Below are positions 31,083 through 41,759 of a stretch of DNA of 64,000 bases, one piece after another. How positions within the stretch are numbered: the first letter of the stretch is position 1; every line of letters begins with the position of its first letter. This DNA is from Cyanobacteriota bacterium (GTDB lineage: Bacteria > Cyanobacteriota > Cyanobacteriia > Cyanobacteriales > Nostocaceae). Both the position numbers and the translations under genes were made by a program. Below the pieces are notes generated by a model, which was given only the letters and a program-made list of their open reading frames with translations, had not been told where the DNA came from and did no database searches. The stretch is taken from the NCBI GenBank assembly GCA_046045965.1, contig JBJOKS010000009.1, positions 32,001-96,000 of the forward strand, read 5' to 3'.

Positions 31083-31877
31083 ATGACTAACAACATTAAA
31101 GAAAAAATCCAAGCTGATTTACAAGAAGCTAAAGCCACTGGACAATTAAGAACAGATAACATTAGAGAAATTGTTAAAACCGCAGTTTCTCAAGTTGCGG
31201 CTGAAGTCAAAGAAGGTTCTAGTGAGTTACGCACTTTAGTTAAAGATGCTGTTTCTACAGTAATTGACAATCTCCAAGATAAAGGTAGCGAAATCAAAGA
31301 AGAAGTCACAGCTTCTATTGAAGGTGCTTTAGAAGCAGTGAATAGTAAAAGACATGAAACAATTATTCAAACCCAAACTGAACTAAAACAAATTCAGGCA
31401 AAATTAGATAATGAAGAAGAACAACTTCAGCAAGAAGTTGAGGGAATGTTGGCAGAAATTCAGGATACAAGTCAAGAAAAGTCAGATAGTATTAAAAATG
31501 CGATCGCATCAGCTATTAATGCTATCCAAAACAGTGAAGAAGTTGCTTTATTGAAGAAACGCTACGCCCAATTGCAAGCACAATTAGCCATTATCCGTGC
31601 TAATTTAGCCGCACGTTATGGCGGACGTTCTGTAGAAATAAAAGAATATTTAGACGATGCCAAAACCTGGTATAATCAAGCCCGTCCCCAAGCGGAAAAT
31701 GTGGCTACACAAGTAAAAGAAAAACATTCACAACTGGATAATAAACTCAGTGAAGCAGGTGCAGCCATAGCGAAAAAAGAGCGTCAGTTAAAGCAAAGTT
31801 TGAGAGAGTTATTGTTAGCAACCGCTGATTTATTCAAAGATAAAGACTCTCATCAGCAACAGACGAATGTTAAATAA
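31083..31877 (+). CDS. All-helical/coiled-coil hypothetical protein
   Basis: 264-aa Ala/Glu/Gln-rich heptad pattern. Confidence 0.75.
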   Translation: MTNNIKEKIQADLQEAKATGQLRTDNIREIVKTAVSQVAAEVKEGSSELRTLVKDAVSTVIDNLQDKGSEIKEEVTASIEGALEAVNSKRHETIIQTQTELKQIQAKLDNEEEQLQQEVEGMLAEIQDTSQEKSDSIKNAIASAINAIQNSEEVALLKKRYAQLQAQLAIIRANLAARYGGRSVEIKEYLDDAKTWYNQARPQAENVATQVKEKHSQLDNKLSEAGAAIAKKERQLKQSLRELLLATADLFKDKDSHQQQTNVK

Positions 31878-31887
31878 ATTTCTCGAA

Positions 31888-31920
31888 GTCCCCCTTTTTA
31901 AGGGGGATTTAGGGGGATCT
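31888..31920. repeat. CCCCCTT..AAGGGGG..GGGGGATCT hairpin repeat (half element)
   Basis: Same sequence as 57721-57753; between convergent genes. Confidence 0.85.
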
Positions 31921-31931
31921 AAAAATCCTGA

Positions 31932-33578
31932 CTACGAACTTTTATTTTCAACTGGGAATACTTGAATTAATTGATAATCCTTCACCCTACCAATAACCCG
32001 ATAATTTTTAGATAAATCCCCAGATTTAGGCGTATAAATCCAAGCATAACTCAAAGGTTGTAATTGAGAAATTGACTCTACTTTTTGACCATGAATAGGA
32101 GTATAAAAATTAATTAAAACAGAATTTTTATCATCGGATTTTACAAAATCTACCGGATGATTTTGAAGAATATTCGCAATAGATTCTTGCTGGAAAAACA
32201 TTCTAAATTCAGGATTAAAGTCTCCTAATAAGCCTAAACTACCAGCCGTAGCTATAGATAACCAACTTGCAATTAACCAACCACTCACCCAGTAACGAGC
32301 CGTGAGAAATTTTTGATGAAAATGATAACGTCCAATCCAAATTAAAGGCACAATTAAACATCCTAACCCTGAAATCAAAGCCAGAATTGCATACTTGTGA
32401 ATATCAACATGAATATCAACAAAATCAGCAACTAAAGTTACTACGCCAGCTAAAGTAAAGATAATACCTATAAACCCAAAAGCATAGCTAATATTCCGAG
32501 GAAGAGATGATTTAATCTTAGTCGATTTTCCTTGCTCGTAAATTTTCCCTAACCAGTCTAAACCGACAGATGCAAACATCGCAATAAAGGGATAAAGACA
32601 GAGAGTATAATGTGATAAACGAGTAGAAAATAAAGTCAGTTCTGTAAATAGGATGAGGGGAAAACCTACTAATAGAAATTGGTAACGAGGAACGGGTTGA
32701 CGAATTACTAAAGCTAACCCTAAAAGGCTAAAAAAGAACCAAGGAAAAGATTTTAACGGAATATTCCAAAAATAGAAAAGTATTCCATTTCCAGGTCTTT
32801 CACTGCTACCTAATTCTGCCACAAAACCCAACAACTGGCCAAGACTATCACCACCATAACGTAGCCAGCTAAACCACAACCAAGCCAAAGTAGGAATTAA
32901 ACCAACTACAAACCCTACATATAACATGGGGTTGCTAAGATGATGATGACGACGATGTTCTGCAATTAAATAAGGTAATAATGCAACCATCGGCAAAAAA
33001 ATCATAAAGCTTCTCATTAAGAAGCCTAAACCAAAACTAACACCGACAATAAAACCATAAATAGGTCGATATTTGGGATTTAATTCAGCTTGTAATAAAC
33101 ACAAAATAGCTAAACATACCAATAAAATCATCGGAATATCAGGTGCGGATAAGCGACAATATTGCAGCCAAAGAAATTCCACACTCAAAATAGCAGACGA
33201 TAGGTAAGCTAATTTTTTACCCAGTAATATTTTAGCTATTTCATATATAACTAATATGCTCAAAATTCCAGAAATCATACCAGGTATTCGTGCCGTAGTA
33301 TCACTGACACCAAATAACTTATAAAAAATAGCAATTAACCAATAAAAACCAGGGGTTTTATGATGGGCATTTTCCCAAGGTGCTATCCAGTCACCAGAAT
33401 CAAACATCAACCGCGCTCTCCTGGCATAAAGAGCTTCATCATGCGCCATCAGGCTATTTTCACCAGATGTAAAGAGCAATAAAGGTAGTAGCCAAATTAA
33501 CAAAATGCTAAGGTGGGATTTTGCCAATAAACGAATTTGCTGCCAAATATGGGCAAATAAAGGTGATTTATAAAACAT
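31932..33578 (-). CDS. ArnT/GT39-like membrane glycosyltransferase
   Basis: HDEALYA, HHKTPGFYWL, ARIP, many TM helices. Confidence 0.88.
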   Translation of the reverse strand: MFYKSPLFAHIWQQIRLLAKSHLSILLIWLLPLLLFTSGENSLMAHDEALYARRARLMFDSGDWIAPWENAHHKTPGFYWLIAIFYKLFGVSDTTARIPGMISGILSILVIYEIAKILLGKKLAYLSSAILSVEFLWLQYCRLSAPDIPMILLVCLAILCLLQAELNPKYRPIYGFIVGVSFGLGFLMRSFMIFLPMVALLPYLIAEHRRHHHLSNPMLYVGFVVGLIPTLAWLWFSWLRYGGDSLGQLLGFVAELGSSERPGNGILFYFWNIPLKSFPWFFFSLLGLALVIRQPVPRYQFLLVGFPLILFTELTLFSTRLSHYTLCLYPFIAMFASVGLDWLGKIYEQGKSTKIKSSLPRNISYAFGFIGIIFTLAGVVTLVADFVDIHVDIHKYAILALISGLGCLIVPLIWIGRYHFHQKFLTARYWVSGWLIASWLSIATAGSLGLLGDFNPEFRMFFQQESIANILQNHPVDFVKSDDKNSVLINFYTPIHGQKVESISQLQPLSYAWIYTPKSGDLSKNYRVIGRVKDYQLIQVFPVENKSS

Positions 33579-33734
33579 ATAATTTCATACAAATAAAAAG
33601 CTGATATGTAGATTATGGCACGGTTTTCTTCTAAAATTATTTCGGTTAGTATACGCAATTTAAAATCAAAATACTCACCAAATTGACTCACATCAGGCAT
33701 TTTTTTTTCAAACAAACTTACCAAACAAATTTTT

Positions 33735-34385
33735 ATGCTGTTGCGACCAGATCAACGTCTGAAGATAGATGACACAGATGATAAGTTATTTTACGACTAC
33801 CCCCGCTTTGTCACTCATGTGGATGAAGGCTTTATTCAACAATTAACAGCTTTATATCGTCAGCGACTCCAACCCAATACGCGCATTTTTGATATGATGA
33901 GTAGTTGGGTGTCTCATCTACCAGAAGAAATAGATTTTGACCATGTTGAGGGACATGGACTCAATGCTGAAGAACTAGCACGTAATCCTCGATTTAACCA
34001 TTATTTTGTACAGAATATCAATGAACAGCCTCAGCTACCCTTGCCAGATCAAAATTTTGATGCTGTTGTCAACTGTGTTTCTGTTCAGTACATCCAATAT
34101 CCAGAGGCCGTATTTTCCGAAATTCACCGCATTCTCAAACCTGGTGGTGTGGCTATGATCAGCTTTTCTAACCGGATGTTTTATCAAAAGGCGATTCAGG
34201 TCTGGCGAGATGGTTCAGAAGCGTCTAGAGTCAAGTTAGTTAAGCGTTACTTTGCTTCAGTACCGGGGTTTACTACTCCTGAAGTAATTGTCAATCAATC
34301 AACTGCGCCGAATTTCTTGCAGTGGTTGGGTTTACCTGGTGGAGATCCCTTTTATGCGGTGATAGCTTATCGCCATGAATCATAA
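33735..34385 (+). CDS. Class I SAM-dependent methyltransferase
   Basis: FYDYPRFVTHVD, DMMSSWVSHLP, ILKPGG, SFSNRMF. Confidence 0.88.
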   Translation: MLLRPDQRLKIDDTDDKLFYDYPRFVTHVDEGFIQQLTALYRQRLQPNTRIFDMMSSWVSHLPEEIDFDHVEGHGLNAEELARNPRFNHYFVQNINEQPQLPLPDQNFDAVVNCVSVQYIQYPEAVFSEIHRILKPGGVAMISFSNRMFYQKAIQVWRDGSEASRVKLVKRYFASVPGFTTPEVIVNQSTAPNFLQWLGLPGGDPFYAVIAYRHES

Positions 34386-34499
34386 AGATGCTGGAAAATT
34401 CAGTATTGCTCAATACCAATAATGATCAAATAGTAAATTTTTTGGTGCAAAGACTAAACTAGAGCAGATAATTGCCTCAAGCATTGAAGGAGAACCAAC

Positions 34500-35009
34500 G
34501 TGAGTTTATTTCGTGGACGCAGGATTTTAGCTGGTTTATTGTTGTCTGTTTTATTGCTGACTACGGCTTGTGCTACAAAAGCACCTAGTCGTTTTGACCA
34601 GGTACAACAGGAAAGCACAAAACAAAAAAGCGGTCAGGCGGTTGCTAAAAATGCAACTCAGGGTAGTGAATTAAACGCTTTCTTTCCTGACAGTGAAGAT
34701 GGTTATGATCGAGTCTATACCCAAGAGAAAAAAGGCTTTTCAGAAGCGAATTTGAAAAAAGACGGTAAAGTTGTCGCTCAATTGGCTATTTCTGACACCA
34801 CTAGCATTCCTGGATCAGCTTCAAAATATGCCAATAGCACTAAGAAAATTGATGGTTATCCGGCTGTAGAAACGGGTAAAACTCAAACTTCTGTTTTGGT
34901 TGGTAAGTATCAAGTGAAGGTGATTTCTAAAGATCCTTTATTTAACGCCAGCGACAGGGAAGATTGGATCGAAAAATTTGATCTTGATGATCTAGCTAAG
35001 TTGAAATAA
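34500..35009 (+). CDS. Predicted lipoprotein, hypothetical
   Basis: Signal peptide with lipobox-like TTAC; GAAGGAG SD before GTG. Confidence 0.8.
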   Translation: MSLFRGRRILAGLLLSVLLLTTACATKAPSRFDQVQQESTKQKSGQAVAKNATQGSELNAFFPDSEDGYDRVYTQEKKGFSEANLKKDGKVVAQLAISDTTSIPGSASKYANSTKKIDGYPAVETGKTQTSVLVGKYQVKVISKDPLFNASDREDWIEKFDLDDLAKLK

Positions 35010-35056
35010 CTTGGACTCTAAATTTCGGATAACAAACGATCAATTAGGAGATTTTT

Positions 35057-35944
35057 GTGAGTAAACCAATTTTCGAGTTAGTTGATGAATTGCCAACCAG
35101 TGGTTTAACTGTTTCTATGTTAAACGCTTTGGATTTTATTGCTCCCGGTGAATGGCAAAATACTGTTGGTTTTGTTAATACTATTAAAACCGTCACTGGT
35201 GAAGATGACGAGAGTTTAATTCAGGCTATTGGTGAAAGAGCAATTTATCTTTTTAATGATAAATCCCAAGGTTATCAAACAGCTTTATGGCTTTATCAAA
35301 CTGTTGATGGTACTGATAAAGCTTTAGGTGCAGCAGCTTTGGCTAATAAAGTAGGTCAATCAATTCCCTTATTCGGTTTTTTAAACTCTCTTACTCCTAA
35401 ACCAGATAAAGCTCAAACTATTGACTTAACCTTAAAAATAGTGGCTGAATTAGTCGCTTTTTGCCAAATTAACGGTATTCCCGGTAATAGTATTGGTGAT
35501 TTTGTCGGCGCTTTAGGCGAATATAGTGGCGAATCAATGATTCGCATGGCAGCTTTAATTTGCGTTGATGGTATCATTCCCCTTGGACCTGATTTCATCC
35601 AAAAATCTTTAACTATGATGAGTCAGATGAATCCTCAAGAGTTAGACCAAAACTCCACTTTCAGAGCGATGAGCAATGTAATTCCTGGTAGCGGTACTGG
35701 TGGTAAACTAGACTTTATTGGTCAAAGCCTTGACTCTGTTAAAGGTTGGATGAATGGTATAGTTAGTGCTAATGCTTTAACTGCTCAGAAAGTTCTTGGC
35801 AATTTCCAAGGTTTTCTTGAATTTAGTGATGACAAATTAGACTATGTAGCGGCGTTTCTAGATATGTCAACTAATTACTATGAACATACTGGAACCCAAA
35901 CTTTAGCTCGACGTTTGATTGAACGCGCATTGGCGGAAATTTAG
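35057..35944 (+). CDS. Hypothetical protein, probably co-transcribed with the lipoprotein
   Basis: AGGAG SD; 295-aa ORF ending NYYEHTGTQTLARRLIERA. Confidence 0.8.
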   Translation: MSKPIFELVDELPTSGLTVSMLNALDFIAPGEWQNTVGFVNTIKTVTGEDDESLIQAIGERAIYLFNDKSQGYQTALWLYQTVDGTDKALGAAALANKVGQSIPLFGFLNSLTPKPDKAQTIDLTLKIVAELVAFCQINGIPGNSIGDFVGALGEYSGESMIRMAALICVDGIIPLGPDFIQKSLTMMSQMNPQELDQNSTFRAMSNVIPGSGTGGKLDFIGQSLDSVKGWMNGIVSANALTAQKVLGNFQGFLEFSDDKLDYVAAFLDMSTNYYEHTGTQTLARRLIERALAEI

Positions 35945-35968
35945 CAGATTTTCTAGCCTAAATACAAC

Positions 35969-36006
35969 TTGTAGTAGTGCCGAAAACAAATACAGCACTA
36001 CTACAA
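35969..36006. terminator. 12-bp perfect inverted repeat between convergent genes
   Basis: ttgtagtagtgc-N14-gcactactacaa. Confidence 0.6.
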
Positions 36007-36151
36007 ACAGGGGTTCTATGAATTTCTACAAATTACTTGTGGCTGGTAGATTGTATCACCACAAAAAACAGAAGTTAAGCGGAATAATGAAGGGATGCTA
36101 ACTGGTTTTTACAGTTGCAATAAACATTACTGTCACCTGTCACCTGCTATC

Positions 36152-36346
36152 TTACTTGAAGCGAGTACGTTGTTGACGACGTTGCTTGTGTCTAGCGATT
36201 GCTTTACGCTTTTCTTTTTCTAAAGGTGTTTCAAAATGGCGATTCTTCCGCATATCTTGGAAAATTCCAGCTTTAGAAACTTCACGCTTAAATCTCCGCA
36301 AAGCTGATTCAATTCCTTCATTTTCCCCTAAAACTACTTGTGTCAT
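36152..36346 (-). CDS. rpsU: 30S ribosomal protein S21 (paralog 1)
   Basis: [28 protein letters not shown]...[15 protein letters not shown]. Confidence 0.96.
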   Translation of the reverse strand: MTQVVLGENEGIESALRRFKREVSKAGIFQDMRKNRHFETPLEKEKRKAIARHKQRRQQRTRFK

Positions 36347-36467
36347 TCCTAATTCCTCCTTTTTTTGGTTAACACATACAAACTAGAGTAAAAAAATATC
36401 TCAGCAAAGTCAAACTATTGGCTTTATCTGCTGGAGTCTCTAGATTTAAAAATTTTTCAAAACAGGA

Positions 36468-36785
36468 TTAATAACGGCGATCGCCACGACCACCACCGGC
36501 ACGACCACCGCCACCATAACCACCACCACGAGGACTTCTTTCTTCACGGGGTTTCGCCTTGTTCACTTTTAAATCTCTCCCCATCCACTCAGCACCATCC
36601 AGTGCTTCAATTGCCGCTGTTTCTTGGGCTTCAGTCTCCATTTCCACAAAAGCAAAACCCCGTGGCCGGCCTGTTTCCCTATCAGTAGGTACTTGCACAC
36701 TTTTAACTTTACCGTATTCAGCAAAAGCCTGTTTCAGGTCTTCTTCTGTGACTTGATAGGACAAATTTCCAACGTAAATCGACAT
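36468..36785 (-). CDS. rbpA: RRM RNA-binding protein with Gly-rich tail (RbpA type)
   Basis: RNP2 IYVGNL, RNP1 [16 protein letters not shown] tail; directly upstream of rpsU. Confidence 0.9.
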   Translation of the reverse strand: MSIYVGNLSYQVTEEDLKQAFAEYGKVKSVQVPTDRETGRPRGFAFVEMETEAQETAAIEALDGAEWMGRDLKVNKAKPREERSPRGGGYGGGGRAGGGRGDRRY

Positions 36786-36789
36786 AAAT

Positions 36790-36876
36790 GGATGGTCTCC
36801 CAGACCAGAGAGTGTAGAGATTTAGATTCGGAGAGACTCATTTAAATGAAATTAAAACGATCAACTCAACCGAAAA
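36790..36876 (-). promoter_or_regulatory. rbp 5'-UTR with conserved-type boxes
   Basis: Minus strand has TTCGGTTGA, TCTCCGAA and a GGGAGA RBS; TCTCC can pair with the RBS. Resembles boxes described for cold-regulated Anabaena rbp leaders (from memory). Confidence 0.5.
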
Positions 36877-36955
36877 TAATCCTTATCTCCGCAATTATAG
36901 CACAGCCTTTGAATATGAACTCGCCATGAGTAACATTTCCAGAAAAAACCATCAT

Positions 36956-37810
36956 TTACTGATGAGCAAACTCAGCTAGGGTTTGCTCTGCTTTTTGACA
37001 TAAAATCTCATGATCTTGAGAACTACTAGCCAGCAAACCGCCCCATTGATTAATGTCACCAGTGTTATACTCTAACGGCGTGCCATCAAAGTGGGTAAAT
37101 TTACCACCAGCTTCTGTTAAAATTAACTCAGGTGCAGCCATATCCCAATCTTTAGGTGCAGACTTTCCAGACAAAGAAATGTAAATATCCGCCTGTTGTT
37201 CCACAATAGCAGTGACTTTACAACCTACACTCCCAATCGCTTTTTGTTTTTGACAGGGGAGATTTTTCAGTAAATATTCTAACCTTTCATTTCGATGGGA
37301 ACGACTGACAACAATGGTTAAATCTTCTATGGGTTTATCAGCAGGGACTTTTAAGGGATGAGAACCATCAACGGTTTCCACAAAAGTACCACCACCTTTT
37401 GTAGCATAATATATCTTTTCGGCTTCGGGGATTGCTACTACTGCTAAAATTGGCCTTGTATCTTGGACTAAAGCAATATGTATTGCATATTCCCCAGTTT
37501 TATCAATAAAGTCTCTTGTCCCATCTAAAGGATCAATGATCCATACCAACTTAGCAGGATGTTTACCCTGTTGAGATTTATAGGTTTCTTCGCTGATATA
37601 ACCAAATTCTTCATCACCGAAAGCTTCCTGTAGCTTGGCTAATATATAATGACTAACGGCTACATCAGCAACAGTAACAGGCTCATTTTGCTTATATTGT
37701 ACGTCTAAGTCTGGGTTTTGGGCAGTGCCGTTATAATAGGAACGCAGTAATTTAGCTGCACCCCAACCTACTTCACGAGTGATTTTTAGGATTTCTTGTA
37801 AGTTTGTCAT
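36956..37810 (-). CDS. cysQ: 3'(2'),5'-bisphosphate nucleotidase CysQ family
   Basis: PVTVAD, ISEE, WIIDPLDGTRDF, SRSH, WDMAA. Confidence 0.9.
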   Translation of the reverse strand: MTNLQEILKITREVGWGAAKLLRSYYNGTAQNPDLDVQYKQNEPVTVADVAVSHYILAKLQEAFGDEEFGYISEETYKSQQGKHPAKLVWIIDPLDGTRDFIDKTGEYAIHIALVQDTRPILAVVAIPEAEKIYYATKGGGTFVETVDGSHPLKVPADKPIEDLTIVVSRSHRNERLEYLLKNLPCQKQKAIGSVGCKVTAIVEQQADIYISLSGKSAPKDWDMAAPELILTEAGGKFTHFDGTPLEYNTGDINQWGGLLASSSQDHEILCQKAEQTLAEFAHQ

Positions 37811-37839
37811 TCTTTTGGTTTTAGTAAAGTATAGACTTT

Positions 37840-38475
37840 ATGAAAAGCTCACGCCAAGACGCAAAGACGCAAAGGTACAATCAGTTTACACAAAAAAAGT
37901 TATTTTTGGTTCTTATTAGTTTAGTTTCTAGTTTGGTTATGGCGATCGCCTCCACAGCTACTAGTATATATTTTTATGGTAACAATTATACTCATATCCA
38001 GGCAGATGCGGCAATTATTCTCGGTGCAGCAATTTGGGTAGAAAAACCATCTCCTGTGTTTCGAGAACGTATTAACCATGCTATTAATCTGTATAAAAAT
38101 GGCTATGTTCACACTCTCATTTTTACTGGGGGAGTGGGTGCTGGTGATGAACTAGCTGAAGCGGTCGTTGGTAAACGCTATGCTATCAGCAAAGGTGTGA
38201 AAGCTGCTGATATGATCATGGAAACTTCATCTCGCACCACTTACCAAAATCTGCAAAATGCTTCTGAATTAGCTGCAAATTACCCATTTAAAAAATTTCT
38301 CATTGTTAGTGATCCATTGCATTTAAAACGTGCGGTTTTGATGGCTAGAAATTTAGGTTTAGATGCACACCCATCTCCTACACCCACTACCCGTTATCAA
38401 AGTTTAAATAGTCAGTTACCTTTTTTAATGCGAGAAACTTATTTTTACTTTGTATTTTTATTATTTAAAATCTAA
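37840..38475 (+). CDS. YdcF/DUF218 family protein
   Basis: ADAAIILGA, RERI, IFTGG, ETSSRTTYQN, VSDPLHLKRA. Confidence 0.9.
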   Translation: MKSSRQDAKTQRYNQFTQKKLFLVLISLVSSLVMAIASTATSIYFYGNNYTHIQADAAIILGAAIWVEKPSPVFRERINHAINLYKNGYVHTLIFTGGVGAGDELAEAVVGKRYAISKGVKAADMIMETSSRTTYQNLQNASELAANYPFKKFLIVSDPLHLKRAVLMARNLGLDAHPSPTPTTRYQSLNSQLPFLMRETYFYFVFLLFKI

Positions 38476-38487
38476 TTTAAATCTCAT

Positions 38488-39345
38488 TTAACCTTCCATC
38501 CAGCGGCGTGTACCAAAATGTTTACAAGCATCCGATGCAATATTACTAGCTAATGCTAAAGCATCTGTGAAATTTGATTGTAAAATATAATGACAAAAAG
38601 CACCGTGAAAAATATCTCCTGCTCCTAATGTATCAACAGTTTTAATTTTTGGTACATTTATAAAACCTCTCTTTTCATAACTTAAATATTCTATCGGTTT
38701 TTCTCCTTGAGTAATGGCAATATGGGGAATATTAAAACTTTGTAGATAGTTAAAAACATCTTCTTGATTTTTGCATTCAGGAGGATAAAAGTTAGCCGAA
38801 CAAATAGCATAATCTACAAAAGGTAAAATTTCTGCAAATCCCGGTTTCCAACTACCTCCATCAATGACAATAGGAATATTCAGAATTTTAGCATTTTGGG
38901 CAATAATTTTACTTACTGCAATTTGATGTCCATCAATTAAAATAATATCAATATTGTCTAAGATATCGGTAGGAATAGAGGTAATATTAGCTTGGGTTTT
39001 CACAGCATTGATAGAAATTACAGCCCTTTCTCCGGTACTTTGGGTGACAATAATTGAAGAGACTGGTGGTGATGTTTGTTTATTAGTATCTAAGTCAATA
39101 ATTCCAACTTGGTAATTTGCTAAGTCTGTAGTAATTAATTGTGTGATATGATGGGAACCAAGCACACCTAAAATTTGCGATTTATTACCTAAGTAACTAA
39201 ATGTAACAGATGCGTTGGTTGCAGGACCACCTGCTGCTACAGTATAATCAGTGGCAACTAATTTTTGATTATTATTGGGCGGTGATTGGGCAAGGTAAAT
39301 TAAGTCTAAGGTAATTAAACCTACAAATAAGGCAGATTTAGTCAT
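38488..39345 (-). CDS. PfkB-family carbohydrate kinase
   Basis: GGPATNA, DGGSWK, VDTLGAGDIFHGAF. Confidence 0.92.
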   Translation of the reverse strand: MTKSALFVGLITLDLIYLAQSPPNNNQKLVATDYTVAAGGPATNASVTFSYLGNKSQILGVLGSHHITQLITTDLANYQVGIIDLDTNKQTSPPVSSIIVTQSTGERAVISINAVKTQANITSIPTDILDNIDIILIDGHQIAVSKIIAQNAKILNIPIVIDGGSWKPGFAEILPFVDYAICSANFYPPECKNQEDVFNYLQSFNIPHIAITQGEKPIEYLSYEKRGFINVPKIKTVDTLGAGDIFHGAFCHYILQSNFTDALALASNIASDACKHFGTRRWMEG

Positions 39346-39394
39346 TAGTAATTGGTAATTGGTGAAACTGATTAGGTGAATTATAGAATATTTT

Positions 39395-39829
39395 ATGAAT
39401 CAAACTACCCATGACAATGATTTTTATGCTTGGACACAAGAACAAGCACACCTGCTGAAAAATCAACAATTTCATCAAATTGATTTTGCTCACATTGCAG
39501 AAGAACTAGAAGACATGGGACGTTCTGAAAAACGAGAGTTGGAAAGCAGATTAGAAATATTAATTATGCACTTACTCAAATGGCAATTTCAGCCTAACTT
39601 ACGTTCTCGAAATTGGCAATTAACTATTAAAGAACAACGTTTGCGATTAGAAAAACTTCTGCAAGAAAACCCCAGTCTGCAATCATTTTTAGCAGATTCC
39701 TTAGAAAAAATTTATCAACTTACTACTATTATCTCCGAACGAGAAACTGGCTTGTCTTCATTTCCTGAAACTTGTCCTTACAGCTTAACAGAAATCTTTA
39801 CACAGGAATTTTTACCCACAGGTATATAA
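39395..39829 (+). CDS. DUF29 family protein
   Basis: DFYAWTQEQA, EELEDMGRSEKREL, HLLKWQFQP, NPSL, FPETCPY. Confidence 0.92.
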   Translation: MNQTTHDNDFYAWTQEQAHLLKNQQFHQIDFAHIAEELEDMGRSEKRELESRLEILIMHLLKWQFQPNLRSRNWQLTIKEQRLRLEKLLQENPSLQSFLADSLEKIYQLTTIISERETGLSSFPETCPYSLTEIFTQEFLPTGI

Positions 39830-39874
39830 TAAACATTATAATAGTAAAAACAGTTTTTTGGAGAGCAATAAATT

Positions 39875-40486
39875 ATGTTCAAAAATATGGCAATGGACGC
39901 ACTGGGTTTGAGTGATATTGGTGCTGTGATCAAACCAGAAGATTATCACAAGGTTGATAGTGATGACTATGTACTCCATGAAGAAGGAGAGAAAATCTAT
40001 TTTCTGATTAAATCAAAAACAGATGAATACTGTTTTACAAATCTAGCTTTAATTCATCTGGATGGAAGTTCTGCGGTGAGCAAAAAACGCTTACTCAAGC
40101 GTTATAATTATAGTCAGAACATGATTAAAGATGTGAGTTTAGAAACCGCAGGAACCATAGATATGGACATAGAAATCAAGTTGAGTATGGGTGATCAATA
40201 CTATTCTATTGATGTGGCAAAAATTCATATTGCACCATTGAAAGACTTGTATAAGGCTTTAATCAAAATATCATCCATTCAACGTGAAAATGCCGTCTAT
40301 TATCAATATTGTCAAACTAGTTTAAATACAGCATCCAGCACAGTTGGACGTGCTACAAATGTCTCTACTTCAGAAGAACAGTTTAAAGCAATTAATTGGT
40401 ATGCTTTTAATTGGTTAAAGTATGCCCATGAAACTTATGTACGTAAAGATTTCGGAGAGATTTTTGAGAAGTTTATTAACAACTAA
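39875..40486 (+). CDS. Bacterial PH-domain protein (YvbH-like)
   Basis: DALGLSDIG, DEYCFTNLALIHLDG, LETAGTIDMDIE. Confidence 0.8.
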   Translation: MFKNMAMDALGLSDIGAVIKPEDYHKVDSDDYVLHEEGEKIYFLIKSKTDEYCFTNLALIHLDGSSAVSKKRLLKRYNYSQNMIKDVSLETAGTIDMDIEIKLSMGDQYYSIDVAKIHIAPLKDLYKALIKISSIQRENAVYYQYCQTSLNTASSTVGRATNVSTSEEQFKAINWYAFNWLKYAHETYVRKDFGEIFEKFINN

Positions 40487-40654
40487 TTAATAGTTTCTTG
40501 TTGGTAATTCGGTTGTTTCAGTTTTGATGACCCAATAGTTAAATATGAGGTTATCTGAAGAAAAAACAAGAGTTGATCGCCTAGTTTCTGTTGGATTTTT
40601 CTACTGATCAACCTAATTTATAAATTAGAGATGTTGTTTTTTTTATGATTTCAG

Positions 40655-40800
40655 AGGGAACAGGAAACGGGAAAATCTTAACCGAAAAAACTCATGTTTA
40701 AAAACATGAGATTAAAATAATGACACTGTTTTTTGACTGATCTTTAAACTCAGAAACTTTTGTTTCTTATCTGTTCCCTGTTCCCTGTTCCCTGTTCCCT
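40655..40800. repeat. ~145-bp element bounded by inverted GGGAACA/TGTTCCC heptamers with an internal palindrome
   Basis: agggaacagg ... ctcatgttt-aa-aaacatgag ... (ctgttcc)x4. Confidence 0.6.
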
Positions 40801-40817
40801 TTTTTGTAAAATATCTT

Positions 40818-41675
40818 ATGCAAACTGAACCAAAACCAGGAACATTATACGTTGTCGCTACACCGATTGGCAATTTAGAAGATATGACTTTTCGGGCTGT
40901 ACGCATTTTACAAGCTGTGGATATAATTGCAGCAGAAGATACCAGACATACTGGAAAATTGTTGCAACACTTTCAGGTAAAAACTCAGCAAATGAGTTAT
41001 CATGAACATAACCGCAGTAGTCGCATTCCCGAATTATTAAAATATTTGCAATTTGGAAAAGCGATCGCTCTTGTTAGTGATGCAGGAATGCCAGGAATTT
41101 CTGATCCTGGATATGAGTTAATAAAAGCTTGTGTTGATGCAGGAATACCAGTTGTACCTATTCCTGGTGCAAGTGCTGTAATTACGGCTTTAAGTGCGGC
41201 TGGACTACCAACGGATAGATTTATTTTTGATGGTTTTTTACCGCCAAAAACTCAACAGCGACGGGAATATTTAGAATCATTATTAACAGAAACACGAACA
41301 TTAGTGTTTTATGAATCTCCCCATCGGTTGCGGGATACATTACAAGATTTTGCAGATATTTTAGGGAGCGATCGCCAAATAGTTATAGCACGAGAACTAA
41401 CCAAATTATATGAAGAATTTTGGCGGGGAACAATAGCAGAAGCGATCGCAAATTACCAGCAAAAAGAACCCCAAGGTGAATATACCCTATTAGTAGCAGG
41501 AACACTACCCAGTAAACCCCAACTCACAGAAGCAGAACTCAAAGCCGAATTATTAGAGATCATGAAACAAGGGGTTTCCCGTTCCCAAGCCAGCAGACAA
41601 TTAGCAAAAGATACATCAATGTCCCGTCGTCTACTATATCAATTAGCACTTTCCATTGAATTTGACGCTTTATAA
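40818..41675 (+). CDS. rsmI: 16S rRNA (cytidine1402-2'-O)-methyltransferase
   Basis: LYVVATPIGNLEDMTFRA, AAEDTR, VSDAGMPGISDPG, YESPHR, ARELTK. Confidence 0.96.
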   Translation: MQTEPKPGTLYVVATPIGNLEDMTFRAVRILQAVDIIAAEDTRHTGKLLQHFQVKTQQMSYHEHNRSSRIPELLKYLQFGKAIALVSDAGMPGISDPGYELIKACVDAGIPVVPIPGASAVITALSAAGLPTDRFIFDGFLPPKTQQRREYLESLLTETRTLVFYESPHRLRDTLQDFADILGSDRQIVIARELTKLYEEFWRGTIAEAIANYQQKEPQGEYTLLVAGTLPSKPQLTEAELKAELLEIMKQGVSRSQASRQLAKDTSMSRRLLYQLALSIEFDAL

Positions 41676-41759
41676 ACACCATTCTCAACTAGATGGTTTT
41701 GCTCAATTTGAGGCTAATATTACAATGGAGATTATTGAGAAATTGAGGACAGACTGAGA

